Origin: Eledone cirrhosa
Lineage: Eukaryota
DNA: 64,000 nt
Reading direction: 5' to 3'
Assembly: GCA_964016885.1 (NCBI GenBank)
Contig: OZ024746.1
Span: forward strand, 59,272,001-59,336,000
Position numbers and translations under genes: made by a program. How positions within the stretch are numbered: position 1 is the first letter of the stretch; each line of letters starts with the position of its first letter. A model generated the notes under the pieces. The model was not told the origin of the DNA. It did no database searches and saw only the letters and a list, made by a program, of their open reading frames with translations. This document shows, in pieces, positions 1 through 11,943 of the stretch.

Positions 1-156
1 CAAATTATACAGTGACTGATCGGCCTGATTTGCATATTAGCAGACTGGCTGATCAGTCAGACCTGCATATTAGCAGATCCACTGATCAACCAGATTTGGA
101 TTTTTTTTTTCGATTTATATGTATACATATACTTAGATGTAGCTCGATCGATCGAT

Positions 157-188
<32 letters not shown>

Positions 189-303
189 AGAGAGAGAGAG
201 AGAGAGAGTTGTGCGACGGGGAGAAAGAGGCATGCAGAGAAAGAAAACGTGAGGGAGATTGTCGAAGATAAAGGGTCTGCATGGTCTTTTGTCTCGACGC
301 GTT

Positions 304-354
<51 letters not shown>

Positions 355-795
355 ATGTGCGTGTGTGTATGTGTGTGTGTGTGTGTGTTGTGTGTGTGTA
401 TGTGTTGTATGCGTTAATGTGTATGTGGGCAGTGTATTTTTTTACGATAAACAAGTTTCTACAAAATATTGGTGTTGAATCTAGATATCCAGTGGCCAAC
501 CCCGACGTATATTGACCACGTGTGTTCCAATCCTTGCTGATACTTTAATTTCAAGCAATTTCAAGCTTTCAGTCTATATCTATCTACCTATATATCTATC
601 TATATATATATATATGTGTGTGTATATATATATATATATATATAGTGGAAAATTAGCAAACAATTCACAGGAGGCAATTGTACACAGTTATATTAGTGTC
701 ATGCTTGGTGGGAATGGGGTGGGTGTAGACGTTTCGGATAGATGTCCTTCGTCAGGAAACTTTTTTCCATAACAATTATTATATTCATAATAATA

Positions 796-1515
796 CTAGC
801 GGCCTCCCGGCCTTCGCTCCGGTCTTTACTAGGCTCAAATCTATTCATAATCTATTAGCATCTATCGTAATGCCTATTTTCCTAAAAATAAAATATGTTA
901 AAAGCTGTATAAATATTGCATAACATATTTTTTTTATTTATTTAGAATATCTAAATACAGAAAGTAGTAAAGAAAATAATAGAAAAATGTATTCTACGAT
1001 AATTATAAAACATTTACAGAACTTCAGTGTATACAATGTTTTTAACCTTTTTCTTTGGACTATATATGAATAGTTTGTAGAGTATTCATAGTCTAGAACA
1101 ACCTATATACAATTGACCTTGTGAGGAACAGCCCTCGTCTAGATGGAGACAGACAGCTTGCAGTGTTTGACCATGGTACTTGTTAATGGTCATTGCGAAA
1201 CTGGCTCTCACTGGGAATTGCAATCGTTTGAAACGAAAGGGAACATCTGTTGGTATTAGCAGTATTTTAAGTATGTCTTCCTTGCCACATCCAGTGACGA
1301 TTTTGGCTTCGATAATGTGAGGCCGTAGTTCAGACACAACCATACTCGTCTTATTCACAATCATGGCTGATCCATGTTTCTGAGATGTTTGATGTCTGTG
1401 TCATTCTTCAATTCAAGGTGCTCTGGTAGCAAACCGGATGTTTCCAGATTGTTGAGAAATTCAACAGGATAATGAACAGCTTCGTCCTCGTCGATAACTT
1501 TGTGGATAGATTTAT
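796..1515 (-). mobile_element. Helitron 3' fragment (C-terminal PIF1-type helicase remnant plus 3' terminus)
   Basis: Minus strand encodes YPVEFLNNLETSGLLPEHLELK and ORF 1086..1364 (LQFPVRASFAMTINKYHGQTL...QGQLYIGCSR), which are Helitron/PIF1 helicase motifs. It ends in a GC hairpin (ccggagcgaaggccgg) followed by CTAG|T at 799-796, the canonical Helitron 3' end. Cut off at about 1520 by SINEs. Confidence 0.88.
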
Positions 1516-1522
1516 AATTAAA

Positions 1523-2475
1523 GGCATAGAGTTACGTCGCTTTGCGTTCTGAGTTCAAGTCACAGCGCCGTTAACTTTGCCTTTCATCCCTATGGGGTCG
1601 ATGAAATAAAATGCCAGTAACGCACTGGGGTCGATTTAATCGATTTTCCACTCACCCCAAATGTTGGCTTTATGCCTAAAACAGAAACCATTATTATTGT
1701 TGTTGTTTTTGTAATTGTTGGTGGATTGACAGTATTGGTAGAGGGTCTGGCGCCATTCTTTCCAGCATAGTCACGTCCCTTTACAGTCTGAGTTCAAATT
1801 ATCATTATTAATAACTTAGCATCTTACAGGGTCGAAAACATAAAGTACCAGTAATGCACTGGGTAATTACTGGCCTTGTGATAAACGTAGAAACAATTAT
1901 TAATAACTTAGAAGCATAGAGTTACGGCCCTTTGCGGGCGGTCTAAGTTCAAATCCCGCCGAGGTTAACTTTGCCTTTCCTCCTTACGAAGTCGATAAAA
2001 TAAAGTACCAGTAACGTACTGTGGTCGATTTAATCGACTTTCCCCTCCCCACAAATTACTGGCCTTGCGCCTATACTAGAAATCATTGGATTGGCAGTAT
2101 CGGTGGAGGGTCGGACGCCATGACTTGCAGCAGAGAGTTACACCCCTTTACAGTCTGAGTTCCCATGGTTAACTTTGCCTGTCATTCCTACGAGATCGAT
2201 AAAATAAAGCACCAGTAATGGGGGTTATTGCGCCAAAAGTAGAAACAATTATTATTAAAAAATATTAGGGGACTATGGATTAGCATAATCGTTAGAGTGT
2301 CCGTCAAAATGCTTTGCGATATGTTCCGAATCTTTACGAGGTCATCTTTTCCTTTCATTTTTCGATAAAATATATATATTTCGATAAAATATAATACCAA
2401 TCATGTCGTGGGGTTGATAATATCCTATTTTCCCTGTCCTCAAAAATCATTGGCCCTGTGCCTAGATTGGAAAAT
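1523..2475 (+). mobile_element. Head-to-tail cluster of ~5 copies of tRNA-derived SINE family 1 (approx. 1523-1698, 1721-1903, 1912-2087, 2088-2256, 2276-2475 degenerate)
   Basis: Repeated A box (TGGCAGTATCGG), B box (GAGTTCAAATCCC), central ctttcatccttacggggtcgataaaataaagtaccag (resembles the Meta-SINE-type core) and 3' ggccttgtgcc...agaaacaattatt tail. Confidence 0.85.
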
Positions 2476-3219
2476 ATAAATAACAGAGATGTTGTGTTTT
2501 GGGGATAAAATCAGAGAGACATAAAGAGACAAAAGAGAGAGAGTGTGTGTGTGTGTTTATGTGTGTGTGTGTATATATATGTGTGTGTGTGTGTGTGTGT
2601 GCTAACAAAAATGTCGTCCAGTCTATCGCATGATTAAGATTCCACACGCTGATTGAACATAACAAAATAAAATACCAACTCACACATCAGGAGCAAAATC
2701 GCATACATACATACACTAAATACTCACATACATAGATACACACACAAACATACTTACACACATACACGCACGCTCATACACCTATATATATATACACATA
2801 TATATATACACACCTATACATACACATAAACATATGTATGTGATGTACATATAACAACATGCACACATATACATACATACACACACACTCAAACATACAA
2901 TAATTTTTATATGAAACTCCATTTTCATAACTTAATTTGGGAATTTTTAGAATTTTTAGATTAGTAGTCTGAATAAACAGAAATATTTTCTAAAATTATA
3001 AAATAAGACCATTTTTTAAATATTTAGTTTAATGATCATTACACACGAATGATCATCAATTTAACAAAGAAAGCCGAAATTTGTCATAAACCGTAAAGAT
3101 GAAGATGCTTAAATATTTATCGATAATGGCAACATAATTACATCTATTCTCTGGCGGACGAAATGTCAGATCTTGCCGTATTTAATCATAAATTTAAAGA
3201 AACCTAATTGTTTAGACGA

Positions 3220-3365
3220 AGGCAGGGGTTCGTTGTGTAACCACGCCGTGCGGGGTTCGGTTTTGCTGCGCGGCAATATCTTGGCGCAAGTGTCTTCAAC
3301 CATAGCCGCAAGTTGACTAATGCATTGCGAATATAATTTGTTAGGCGAAAACCCATCCACGTATA
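3220..3365 (+). mobile_element. Degenerate SINE, family 3
   Basis: ggggttcggttttgctgcg...gcaagtgtcttc...; similar degenerate copies at ~12337-12500, 16930-17040, 23197-23360 (-) and 40085-40235. Confidence 0.5.
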
Positions 3366-3478
3366 TATTTATATACACGTCGATATATATATATATATAT
3401 ATATATATTGAGTTAAGAACTCAGGCTAGTCCCTTACAATTAAATAGGTCTAAGAAAAAAGCTTTTTCCGAGCCATAC

Positions 3479-3683
3479 AATATAATTGAATAAACAAGAG
3501 AGATGAACAGTAATATAAACATACATGTGTTTTAATTTTTCTTAATTTAAAATTTAAAGTTAAGAACAACAAACTATATTGCTGTAGTTAGTATTTTTTC
3601 ACCCCAGCAAATTTGGTCCTTACGATTCGAACTCATATATGTTTATATTAGTGTTCATCTCTCTTGTTTATTCAATTATATTA
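3479..3683. repeat. Inverted repeat (~50-bp arms) in a (TA)n-flanked unit
   Basis: aatataattgaataaacaagagagatgaacagtaatataaacatac (3479-3525) versus its near reverse complement at ~3637-3683. Confidence 0.75.
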
Positions 3684-3696
3684 TATATATATATAT

Positions 3697-3909
3697 ATAT
3701 ATTTAATATAGAAATGACTTCTACAGGACTAGAACTGTGTCATTCGGGAGAAATCATCAGAAAGCCCTGATGATTGGCTTCCTGATGATTTCTCCCGAAT
3801 GAAACAGTTCTAGTCCTGTAGAAGCCATTTCTATATTAAATATTTATACTCTGCTATGTATTGAGTACCTTACTTACTGTGGTTACCCCCGATTGAACCC
3901 GGGATAAAC

Positions 3910-3912
<3 letters not shown>
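3697..3912 (+). mobile_element. Penelope-like element terminal remnant with inverted (fold-back) arm
   Basis: Arms 3697-3766 and 3776-3845 are near-perfect reverse complements. The unit contains a hammerhead motif and is flanked by (TA)n on both sides. Confidence 0.65.
3776..3826 (+). ncRNA. Type I hammerhead ribozyme motif
   Basis: GGCTTC-CTGATGA-tTTCtcccGAAt-GAAA-CAG(ttctagtc)CTG-TA-GAAGCC: 6-bp stem I, intact core, weak stem II, GUA cleavage triplet (after 3820). Confidence 0.7.
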
Positions 3913-3969
<57 letters not shown>

Positions 3970-4034
3970 AGGTTTAGCAAATAAGAAAAAGTTTTAAAAT
4001 AAATTTTTTAAAATTCACTGTACCTGCTATGGTT

Positions 4035-4120
4035 ACCTTTACCGTACGGTTTCGAGTCTCAAAAATAAATGGATAGTCCTTACGGGCCTCCATTGAAAAG
4101 AAAGACTCTCGTCAGAAGGT
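4035..4120 (-). ncRNA. Type I hammerhead ribozyme, copy 1
   Basis: Minus strand: ACCTT-CTGACGA-GAGTCT...AGACTC-GAA-ACCGTACGGT-A-AAGGT. Perfect stems I and II, palindromic stem III, GUA site between 4040 and 4039. Confidence 0.85.
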
Positions 4121-4520
4121 TCTTTTCACTCGGAGAATATAAAATTCCCGAGTTCGAACTACGAACTGGCGCTATTCAAAATTGTTCCCGAGATGAGGAT
4201 GAATGATGTAGAAGCAATTCTGTCCAGTACCGTGTGCAAAGATAGAAGGCAGAGGCGGAAAGGTCAATACACTGCCACTAGAAATAGCAGCAGTCAAAAG
4301 AATCAAATGTTATCTCGACCAGGGGGAGGTTAATAATAATAACGTATATATCCCTACACGCAAAATACATATAGGGACACATGTATTATCCAACCATATG
4401 CCAATGTGGTTCTATGGCAGGTTAATAAATTAACGAGCCAGAACATATATAATCAAGGTTTAGCTAATAAGAAAAAGTTTTAAAATAAATTTGAAAACAT
4501 TCACTGTACCTGCTATGGTT

Positions 4521-4606
4521 ACCTTTACCGTACGGTTTCGAGTATCAAAAATAAATGGATAGTCCTTACGGGCCGCCATTGAAAAGAAAGACTCTCTTCA
4601 GAAGGT
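4521..4606 (-). ncRNA. Type I hammerhead ribozyme, copy 2
   Basis: Same fold as copy 1, with core CTGAAGA (the change is at the variable N7 position) and one stem II mismatch (ATACTC). Confidence 0.82.
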
Positions 4607-4776
4607 TCCTTTCACTCGGAGAATATAAAATTCCCGAGTTCGAACTACGAACTGGCGCTATTCAAAATTGTTCCCGAGATGAGGATGAATGAAGCAGGTA
4701 CAGTGAATTTTTTAAAATTTATTTTAAAACTTTTTCTTATTTGCTAAACCTTGATTATATATATATATATATGTGT

Positions 4777-4839
<63 letters not shown>

Positions 4840-4854
4840 GATATATATATATAT

Positions 4855-5025
4855 CAGATTGGACGTGGTAAAAACCAGTTAGACCATTACTCACCAGAGT
4901 AGTCGATACTTGGGGTAGTACAGCGGGTAATATGAAAAAATTCAGGACCCCGACGGCTGAGCTGTTGCCGGTTCAGCAGCTAGAGCCGAACTGTTCGGAT
5001 CTAGCTATTGAAACGACCCGAGCCC

Positions 5026-5035
<10 letters not shown>
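4855..5035. mobile_element. Small (TA)n-flanked dispersed repeat with fold-back end (copies at 12530-12690 and 22110-22280), probably Penelope-derived
   Basis: All three copies share tacttggggtagta-agtgggtaat-gaaaa-gaccccgacggc. One strand shows a GAAACGG...CCGTC-GGGGTC hammerhead 3' half. Confidence 0.6.
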
Positions 5036-5058
<23 letters not shown>

Positions 5059-5934
5059 TTGTGTGCGTGTGAGTGTGTGAGTATGTGGTATGTGTGTATG
5101 TGTATGTGAGTGTGTGTGAGCGTGTGATTGTGATGCAAGATGGCAATCTAATGGCTGAAACCAATAAAAGAATCTGCATATATGAAGAGAGAGAGAGAAA
5201 GAGAGAGAGAATGAGAGAGAGAGAGAGAGTGATAGAAAGAGCGGGAGTATTGGGTAGAGATAGCACATATCACTCCTCCAGCCGATATTCTAATCGAACG
5301 AGAGAAACATACTCATGTCAGATATGTCGACCAACCATCACTGTTTGTATTTCCGATAAAGTTTTCTGGTCTGTATCTTTTTAAAGTACGTCAATGAAGC
5401 TAGAAGTTACTGTGCTGTCTTGGCTGCCATTACACCAGTTTTTAGGCTATTTGTTTAGGATGTCACACAGTGACCTGCCAATCGCAATCTTTGCCGGTGG
5501 TGGCATTTGTTTCTCTTTTTTTTTCATATGATATTTATTTCAAAAACATTCTCTGGTTTTGTATTTAAATTTTTTTTTTGGGGGGGGGGGATATTCTTCG
5601 TGTTTCCCCCAGCCAAAAATATGATCATTTTTTATGCATTTATGATTGTTGTGAACAGTCAAATAATTAAGAAAAAGGAACATTTTGTTTCGAAACGGAA
5701 GTTATCCCGACAAAGAGTCCTCTTTATTTTGGCCGAAAGTCCTGTTTATTGCGTCCCTTTAGATTAAGAACAATGAATTTACAATCACTTTTTTTATATA
5801 ATAATTTCTCGCCGCACGCTCTGAATATAGATTATGTGTGTGTGTGTGTTTATTTTATTGTATTGTACATATATATTTATATATTTATGTTTTATTCCTT
5901 ACCATATTGTATATACATATTCTCTGTTATTCCT

Positions 5935-6645
5935 AGTTGTGGCACAAGACGAAAGCCTCCACACTAGAAACCACCAACTGAACATAGTACGTAACTGCAG
6001 AATAAGTGGGGGCAAGGAAAAAACAATTGCCCACATTATCTCGGGCTGCCCAGTCTTAGCCAAAGATGTATACATCCACAGACATGATAGAGTAGGGACA
6101 TACATACACTAGAAATTATGCCAACATTATGAAATACCAACAGACAAAAGAGGGTACAGACTCTCACCAGAAAAGTTATCAGAGAATAACAAAGCAACTA
6201 TTCTCTGGGATATGCCAATGCATACAGACAGGGAGATCAAAGGCAACCCACCAAATATTTTAGTCACACAATACAAAGAAAAAGAATCTCTTCTAATTGA
6301 TGTAGCAATCCTGGCAAACGACAATATATCTACCAAGGAAATGGAGAAACTATCCAAACATAAAGGTCTAGAGAGAGAAATAACCCGAATATGGACGATT
6401 AAGATAGAAACAATACCTATAATAATATGTGCTCTGGGAAAGATAAAAAAACACACAGACAGATACATGACCTAAATTCCAGGACTTACAAATATATAAA
6501 GCATACAAATATAGCACTACTAGGCACTGCACAATACACTCTCAATCCACTCTCAATACACTAGAAACAACACTACCAAAACCTGCACTGCACATACCCG
6601 AGGTGCACAGAGCTGCGCTCGGCAATGCAGTGATGATGCGCAAAA
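5935..6645 (+). mobile_element. R4/Dong-like non-LTR retrotransposon 3' fragment (CCHC plus restriction-like endonuclease), pseudogenised
   Basis: ORFs 5834..6112 and 6212..6475: CR...TIAHIISGCPVLA...RHDRV, WDMPMHTDREI...LIDVAI...EKLSKHKGL...PIIICALG. In-frame stops present. Confidence 0.85.
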
Positions 6646-6647
6646 TA

Positions 6648-6687
<40 letters not shown>

Positions 6688-6688
<1 letters not shown>

Positions 6689-6870
6689 AATAATGGTGGC
6701 ACAAGGCCATCTAATTTGGGGGAGGGGATAGTCGATTAAATCGACCCCAGAGTGTGACTGGCACTTTATTTTATCGACCCCGTAAGGATGAAGGCAAAGT
6801 TAACCTCAGCGGGATTTGAACTCAGATCATAAAAGGCCGTTACTCTATGCCGCGAAGATTGATGCCCGAC
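6688..6870 (-). mobile_element. SINE family 1 copy
   Basis: Reverse complement of the family-1 B box, core and tail, sitting between (GAT)n and (GAA)n. Confidence 0.85.
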
Positions 6871-6982
6871 GACGACGAAGAAGAAGAAGAAGAAGAAGAA
6901 GAAGAAGAAGAAGAAGGAGAAGAAGAAGAAGAAGAAGAAGAAGAAGAAGAAGAAGAAGAAGAAGAAGAAGAAGAAGAAGAAG

Positions 6983-7031
<49 letters not shown>

Positions 7032-7190
7032 GCACCAGCAGCAGCAGCAGCAGCAACAAAAACAACAACAACAACAACAACAACAATGGGGAGGAGAAGA
7101 AGAAAAAGAAGAAGAAGAAAAAGAAGAAGAAGAAGAAGAAGAAGAAGAAGAAGAAGAAGAAGAAGAAGAAGAAGGAGGAGGAGGAGGAGT
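6868..7190. repeat. Compound trinucleotide microsatellite (GAA/CAA/CAG/GGA)
   Basis: Directly visible. Confidence 0.95.
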
Positions 7191-7269
7191 ACTGCCACAA
7201 GAACGATAACAACAAGATCAATAGCATCACCATCCTCAACACCAACTAGAACGCCACCAGCTATACTGA

Positions 7270-7591
7270 CCTCACTAACCACACTAACACTACCAACAGC
7301 AGTAACACCACTACCACCACCACCACCAACAGCAGTAACACCACTACCACCACCACCACCAACAGCAGTAACACCACTACCACCACCACCACCAACAGCA
7401 GTAACACCACTACCACCACCACCACCAACAGCAGTAACACCACTACCACCACCACCACCAACAACAGTAACACCACTACCACCACCAACAGCAGTAACGC
7501 CATCACCACCACCAACAGCAGTAACATCACCACCACCACAAACAGCAGTAACCCCATCACCACCACCAACAGTAGTAACATCACCATCACC

Positions 7592-7623
<32 letters not shown>

Positions 7624-9564
7624 CAGTAACACCACCACCAGCAAGAGCAGTAACACCTCCACCACTACCAACAGCAGTAACACCACCACCACCACCACCA
7701 CCAACACCACCACCCCCAACAACAGTAACACCACCACCACCAACAGCAGTAACACCAACACCACCGCCACCACCAGCAGCAGTAACACCAACTCTACCGC
7801 CACCACCAACAGCAGTAATACCACCACCACCACCACCACCAACAGCAGTAACACCAACACCACCGCCACCACCAACAGCAGTAACACCAACACCACCACC
7901 ACCACCAACAGCAGTAACACCAACACCACCACCACCAACAGCAGTAACACCAACACCACCACCACCACCACCACCAACAGCAGTAAAACCAACACCACCA
8001 CCACCACCACCAACAGCAGTAACACCACCACCACCAACAGCAGTAACACCACCACCACCACCACCAACAGCAGTAACACCAACACCACCACCACCAACAG
8101 CAGTAACACCAACACCACCACCACCACCAACAGCAGTAACACCAACACCACCACCACCAACAGCAGTAACACCAACACCACCACCACCACCACCAACAGC
8201 AGTAACACCACCACCACCAACAGCAGTAACACCACCACCACCACCACCAACAGCAGTAACACCACCACCACCACCAACAACAACAGTAACACCACCACCA
8301 CCAACACCAACACCACCACCACCACCACCAACACCAACACCACCACCACCACCAACACCAACACCACCACCACCACCACCACCAACAGCAGTAACACCAC
8401 CGCCACCACCACCAACAACAGTAACACCACCACCACCAACACCAACACCACCACCACCACCACCACCAACAGCAGTAACACCACCGCCACCACCACCAAC
8501 AACAGTAACACCACCACCACCAACACCAACACCACCACCACCACCACCACCAACAGCAGTAACACCACCACCACCAACACCAACAACAGTAACACCACCA
8601 CCACCAACACCAACACCACCACCACCACCACCACCACCAACAGCAGTAACACCACCACCACCACCACCACCACCACCAACAGCAGTAACACCACCGCCAC
8701 CACCACCAACAACAGTAACACCACCACCACCAACACCAACACCAACACCACCACCACCAACAGCAGTAACACCACCCCCACCACCACCAACAACAGTAAC
8801 ACCACCACCACCAACACCAACACCACCACCACCACCACCACTACCAACAGCAGTAACACCACCCCCACCACCACCAACAGCAGTAACACCACCACCACCA
8901 CCACCAACAGAAGTAACACCACCCCCACCACCACCAACAGCAGTAACACCATCACCACCAACAGCAGTAACACCACCACCACCATCACCACCAACAGCAG
9001 TAACACCACCCCCACCACCACCAACAGCAGTAACACCCCCCCCCCCCCCCCCACCGCCACCACCAACAGTAACACCACCCCCACCACCACCACCAACAGC
9101 AGTAACACCACCCCCACCACCACCAACAGCAGTAACACCACCCCCACCGCCACCACCAACAGTAACACCACCCCCACCACCACCACCAACAGCAGTAACA
9201 CCCCCCCCCCACCAACAGCAGTAACCCCCCCCCCCCCACCACCACCACCACCAACAGCAGTAACACCACCACCACCACCAACACCAACAGCAGTAACACC
9301 ATCACCACCAACAGCAGTAACACCCCCCCCCCACCACCAACAGCAGTAACACCACCCCCACCACCAACAGCAGTAACACCACCACCACCACCACCAACTG
9401 CAGTAACACCACCACCACCACCAACTGCAGTAAGATCACACACCACCGCCACCACCAACAGTAACACCACCACCAGCAACACCACCACCACCACCAACAG
9501 CAGTAACACCACCACCAACAACACCACCACCACCAACAACAACTGCAGTAACACCACCACCACC

Positions 9565-9639
<75 letters not shown>

Positions 9640-10480
9640 GCAGTAACACCACCACCAACAGCAGTAACACCACCACCACCACCACCAACAGCAGTAACAC
9701 CACCACCACCACCACCAACAGCAGTAACACCACCACCACTGCCACCACCAACAGTAACACCACCACCACCACCAACAACAACAACAGCAGTAACACCACC
9801 CCCACCACCACCAACAGCAGTAACACCACCACCACCACCACCGCCACCAACAGCAGTAACACCACCACCACCACCACCAACAGCAGTAACACCACCACCA
9901 CCACCACCAACAACACCACCACCACCAACAGCAGTAACACCACCACCACCAACAGCAGTAACACCACCACCACCAACAGCAGTAACACCACCACCAACAA
10001 CACCACCACCAACACCACCAACAGCAGTAACACCACCACCAACAACACCACCACCACCAACAGCAGTAACACCACCACCACCAACAGCAGTAACACCACC
10101 ACCAACAACACCACCACCAACACCACCAACAGCAGTAACACCACCACCAACAACACCACCACCACCAACAGCAGTAACACCACCACCACCAACAGCAGTA
10201 ACACCACCACCAACACCACCAACAGCAGTAACACCACCACCAACAACACCACCACCACCAACAGCAGTAACACCACCACCACCAACAGCAGTAACACCAC
10301 CACCAACACCACCAACAGCAGTAACACCACCACCAACAACACCACCACCACCAACAGCAGTAACACCACCACCACCAACAGCAGTAACACCACCACCAAC
10401 AACACCACCACCAACACCACCACCACCAACACCACCAACAGCAGTAACACCACCACCAACAACAACAACAACACCACCAA
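7270..10480. repeat. ~3.2-kb minisatellite built on ACAGCAGTAACA(CCA)n units
   Basis: Roughly a hundred variable-length units. The 802/646/399-aa ORFs are translations of this repeat. Confidence 0.95.
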
Positions 10481-10626
10481 ATCAATGATAGTAACAGCCA
10501 CGTTGTTTCAGCCTGAAGACACACAGTATAAGACTTACAACACTGGTGGAGTATAACTATGTCTGTCTATTTTGGTATATATATAGAGAGAGAGAGGAGC
10601 TAACTGGTTGGCACTATGACGTCAGA

Positions 10627-10649
10627 GATGGTGGTGGTGGTGGTGGTGG

Positions 10650-10693
<44 letters not shown>

Positions 10694-10860
10694 ATGGTGT
10701 TGGTGGTGGTGGTGGTGCTGGTGGTGGTGGTGATGCTGGCGCTGGTGTTGGTGCTGGTGGTGATGCTGGCGCTGGTGCTTGTCCTGGTAGTGGTGTTGGT
10801 TGTGGTGGTGGTGCTGGTGGTGGTGGTTGTGGTGGTGCTGGTGTTGGTTGTGGTGGTGGT
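10627..10860. repeat. (GGT/GCT)n microsatellite
   Basis: Directly visible. Confidence 0.9.
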
Positions 10861-11194
10861 CATCGTCAAGAGGGCGGCGGCGAAACAAAATATAAATGAA
10901 AGGAGTGAAATCGATAGAGTAGAAGGAGAAACTTAATCAGATAGAAAACTCCGAGGGAGGGGGGGGGGGTATGGCTAGTAGAGGAAATAGAGAAAGCGTG
11001 GGAGGTGAAGTGGTTTGGGGTAGGGGTAAGAGTAGAAACAAAAACTAGTTTAAGATATTGTAGAGTACTCTGAAGGAATTGTGAAAAAGGCAGAAGCCAA
11101 TAGGGTTTCACAAGTGGAAGATATGAGGACATCAATTGAAAGTTGTTGTCTATATATAGAGAGGCAATGCCATCGTTATCATCATCGTTTGCCT

Positions 11195-11425
11195 GCCGCA
11201 GCACACAACTTCAGTACCGGTCGCTCTCCGAAATGTTTGCGGTCGTGCCCTTTGGCAGTGGAGACTTCTGGTGTCCTTGGCCCTAGGACTGCCTCCCTAC
11301 TTACCACCATAGGCGTTGAGCTGGCCACCCGCAGGTGTGAGCCTCGCGAGCTGTAATGGCTCTTCCAGCGCATCTCCCTTACCATCCTCTGGGGAAACGC
11401 CTTCACCATACTGTCCGCCGAGGCT
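11195..11425 (+). mobile_element. CRE-clade non-LTR retrotransposon 3' fragment
   Basis: Translates as PLAVETSGVLGPRTASLLTTIGVELATRRCEPREL*WLFQRISLTILWGNAFTILS, matching the CRE C-terminal pattern (P.AVET.G..G...QR.S...GNA). Confidence 0.75.
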
Positions 11426-11803
11426 GTGGGACGGCCAGCACGTGAGACCCCATTTTCACACCATACAGAGAGATCGAGAGGGCGAGAGAAATGGAGGCGA
11501 TGACAGTGGGAGTTCGGCTCTTCCACGTTCGGACCAAACCCTTATGGTTGTGTTTAATGTAGTTGTGTATTACATACGTGGAACACAAAGTAGATTTTTG
11601 GAGGTTAGGTCGCTGGTAATAGGGGTGATGTTATTGTTGTTGTTGTTTAATCATTGGTCAAGCCTGACAATCCCTTTCTTCACCTATCTATTACTCATTT
11701 CATAATGTATTGTACTCTCAGTCGCTTCACGCCATGAAACCGGGATAAGCACTGATCTAATGAACCTTCTGGCTTAAGACAGACTTTAGATAGCGGCTTT
11801 CAT

Positions 11804-11943
11804 AATCAGGTTGTTGTGATAGCAGTCAGATACAATACTCTCCCTTCCATCTATTGCAGCTGTCACAATCAGGTTGTTGTGATAGCAGTCAGATACAATA
11901 CTCTCCCTTCCATCTATTGCAGCTGTCACAATCAGGTTGTTGT
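11804..11943. repeat. 63-bp perfect tandem duplication (2.2 copies)
   Basis: aatcaggttgttgtgatagc...gcagctgtcac starts at 11804 and 11867, with a partial copy at 11930. Confidence 0.9.

Larger units (their letters stand above)
3966..4757 (-). mobile_element. Non-coding retrozyme-like / non-autonomous Penelope-like unit: two ~240-bp direct repeats (3966-4206, 4452-4692) plus inverted end (4693-4757)
   Basis: Direct repeats offset by exactly 486 bp, each holding a hammerhead. The ~245-bp spacer has no ORF in the track. 4693-4757 is the reverse complement of the repeat start. (TA)n lies on both flanks. Confidence 0.8.

Noticed and set aside
1-100. 33-bp-spaced repeat tgcatattagcaga with an ATTTGCAT octamer
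   Set aside because: Two short copies at the window edge, with no associated snRNA gene or promoter evidence.
6766-10936. Long ORFs (802, 646, 399, 362 aa and others) as genes
   Set aside because: Pure translations of triplet repeats, open on both strands; the 802-aa ORF starts inside a SINE.
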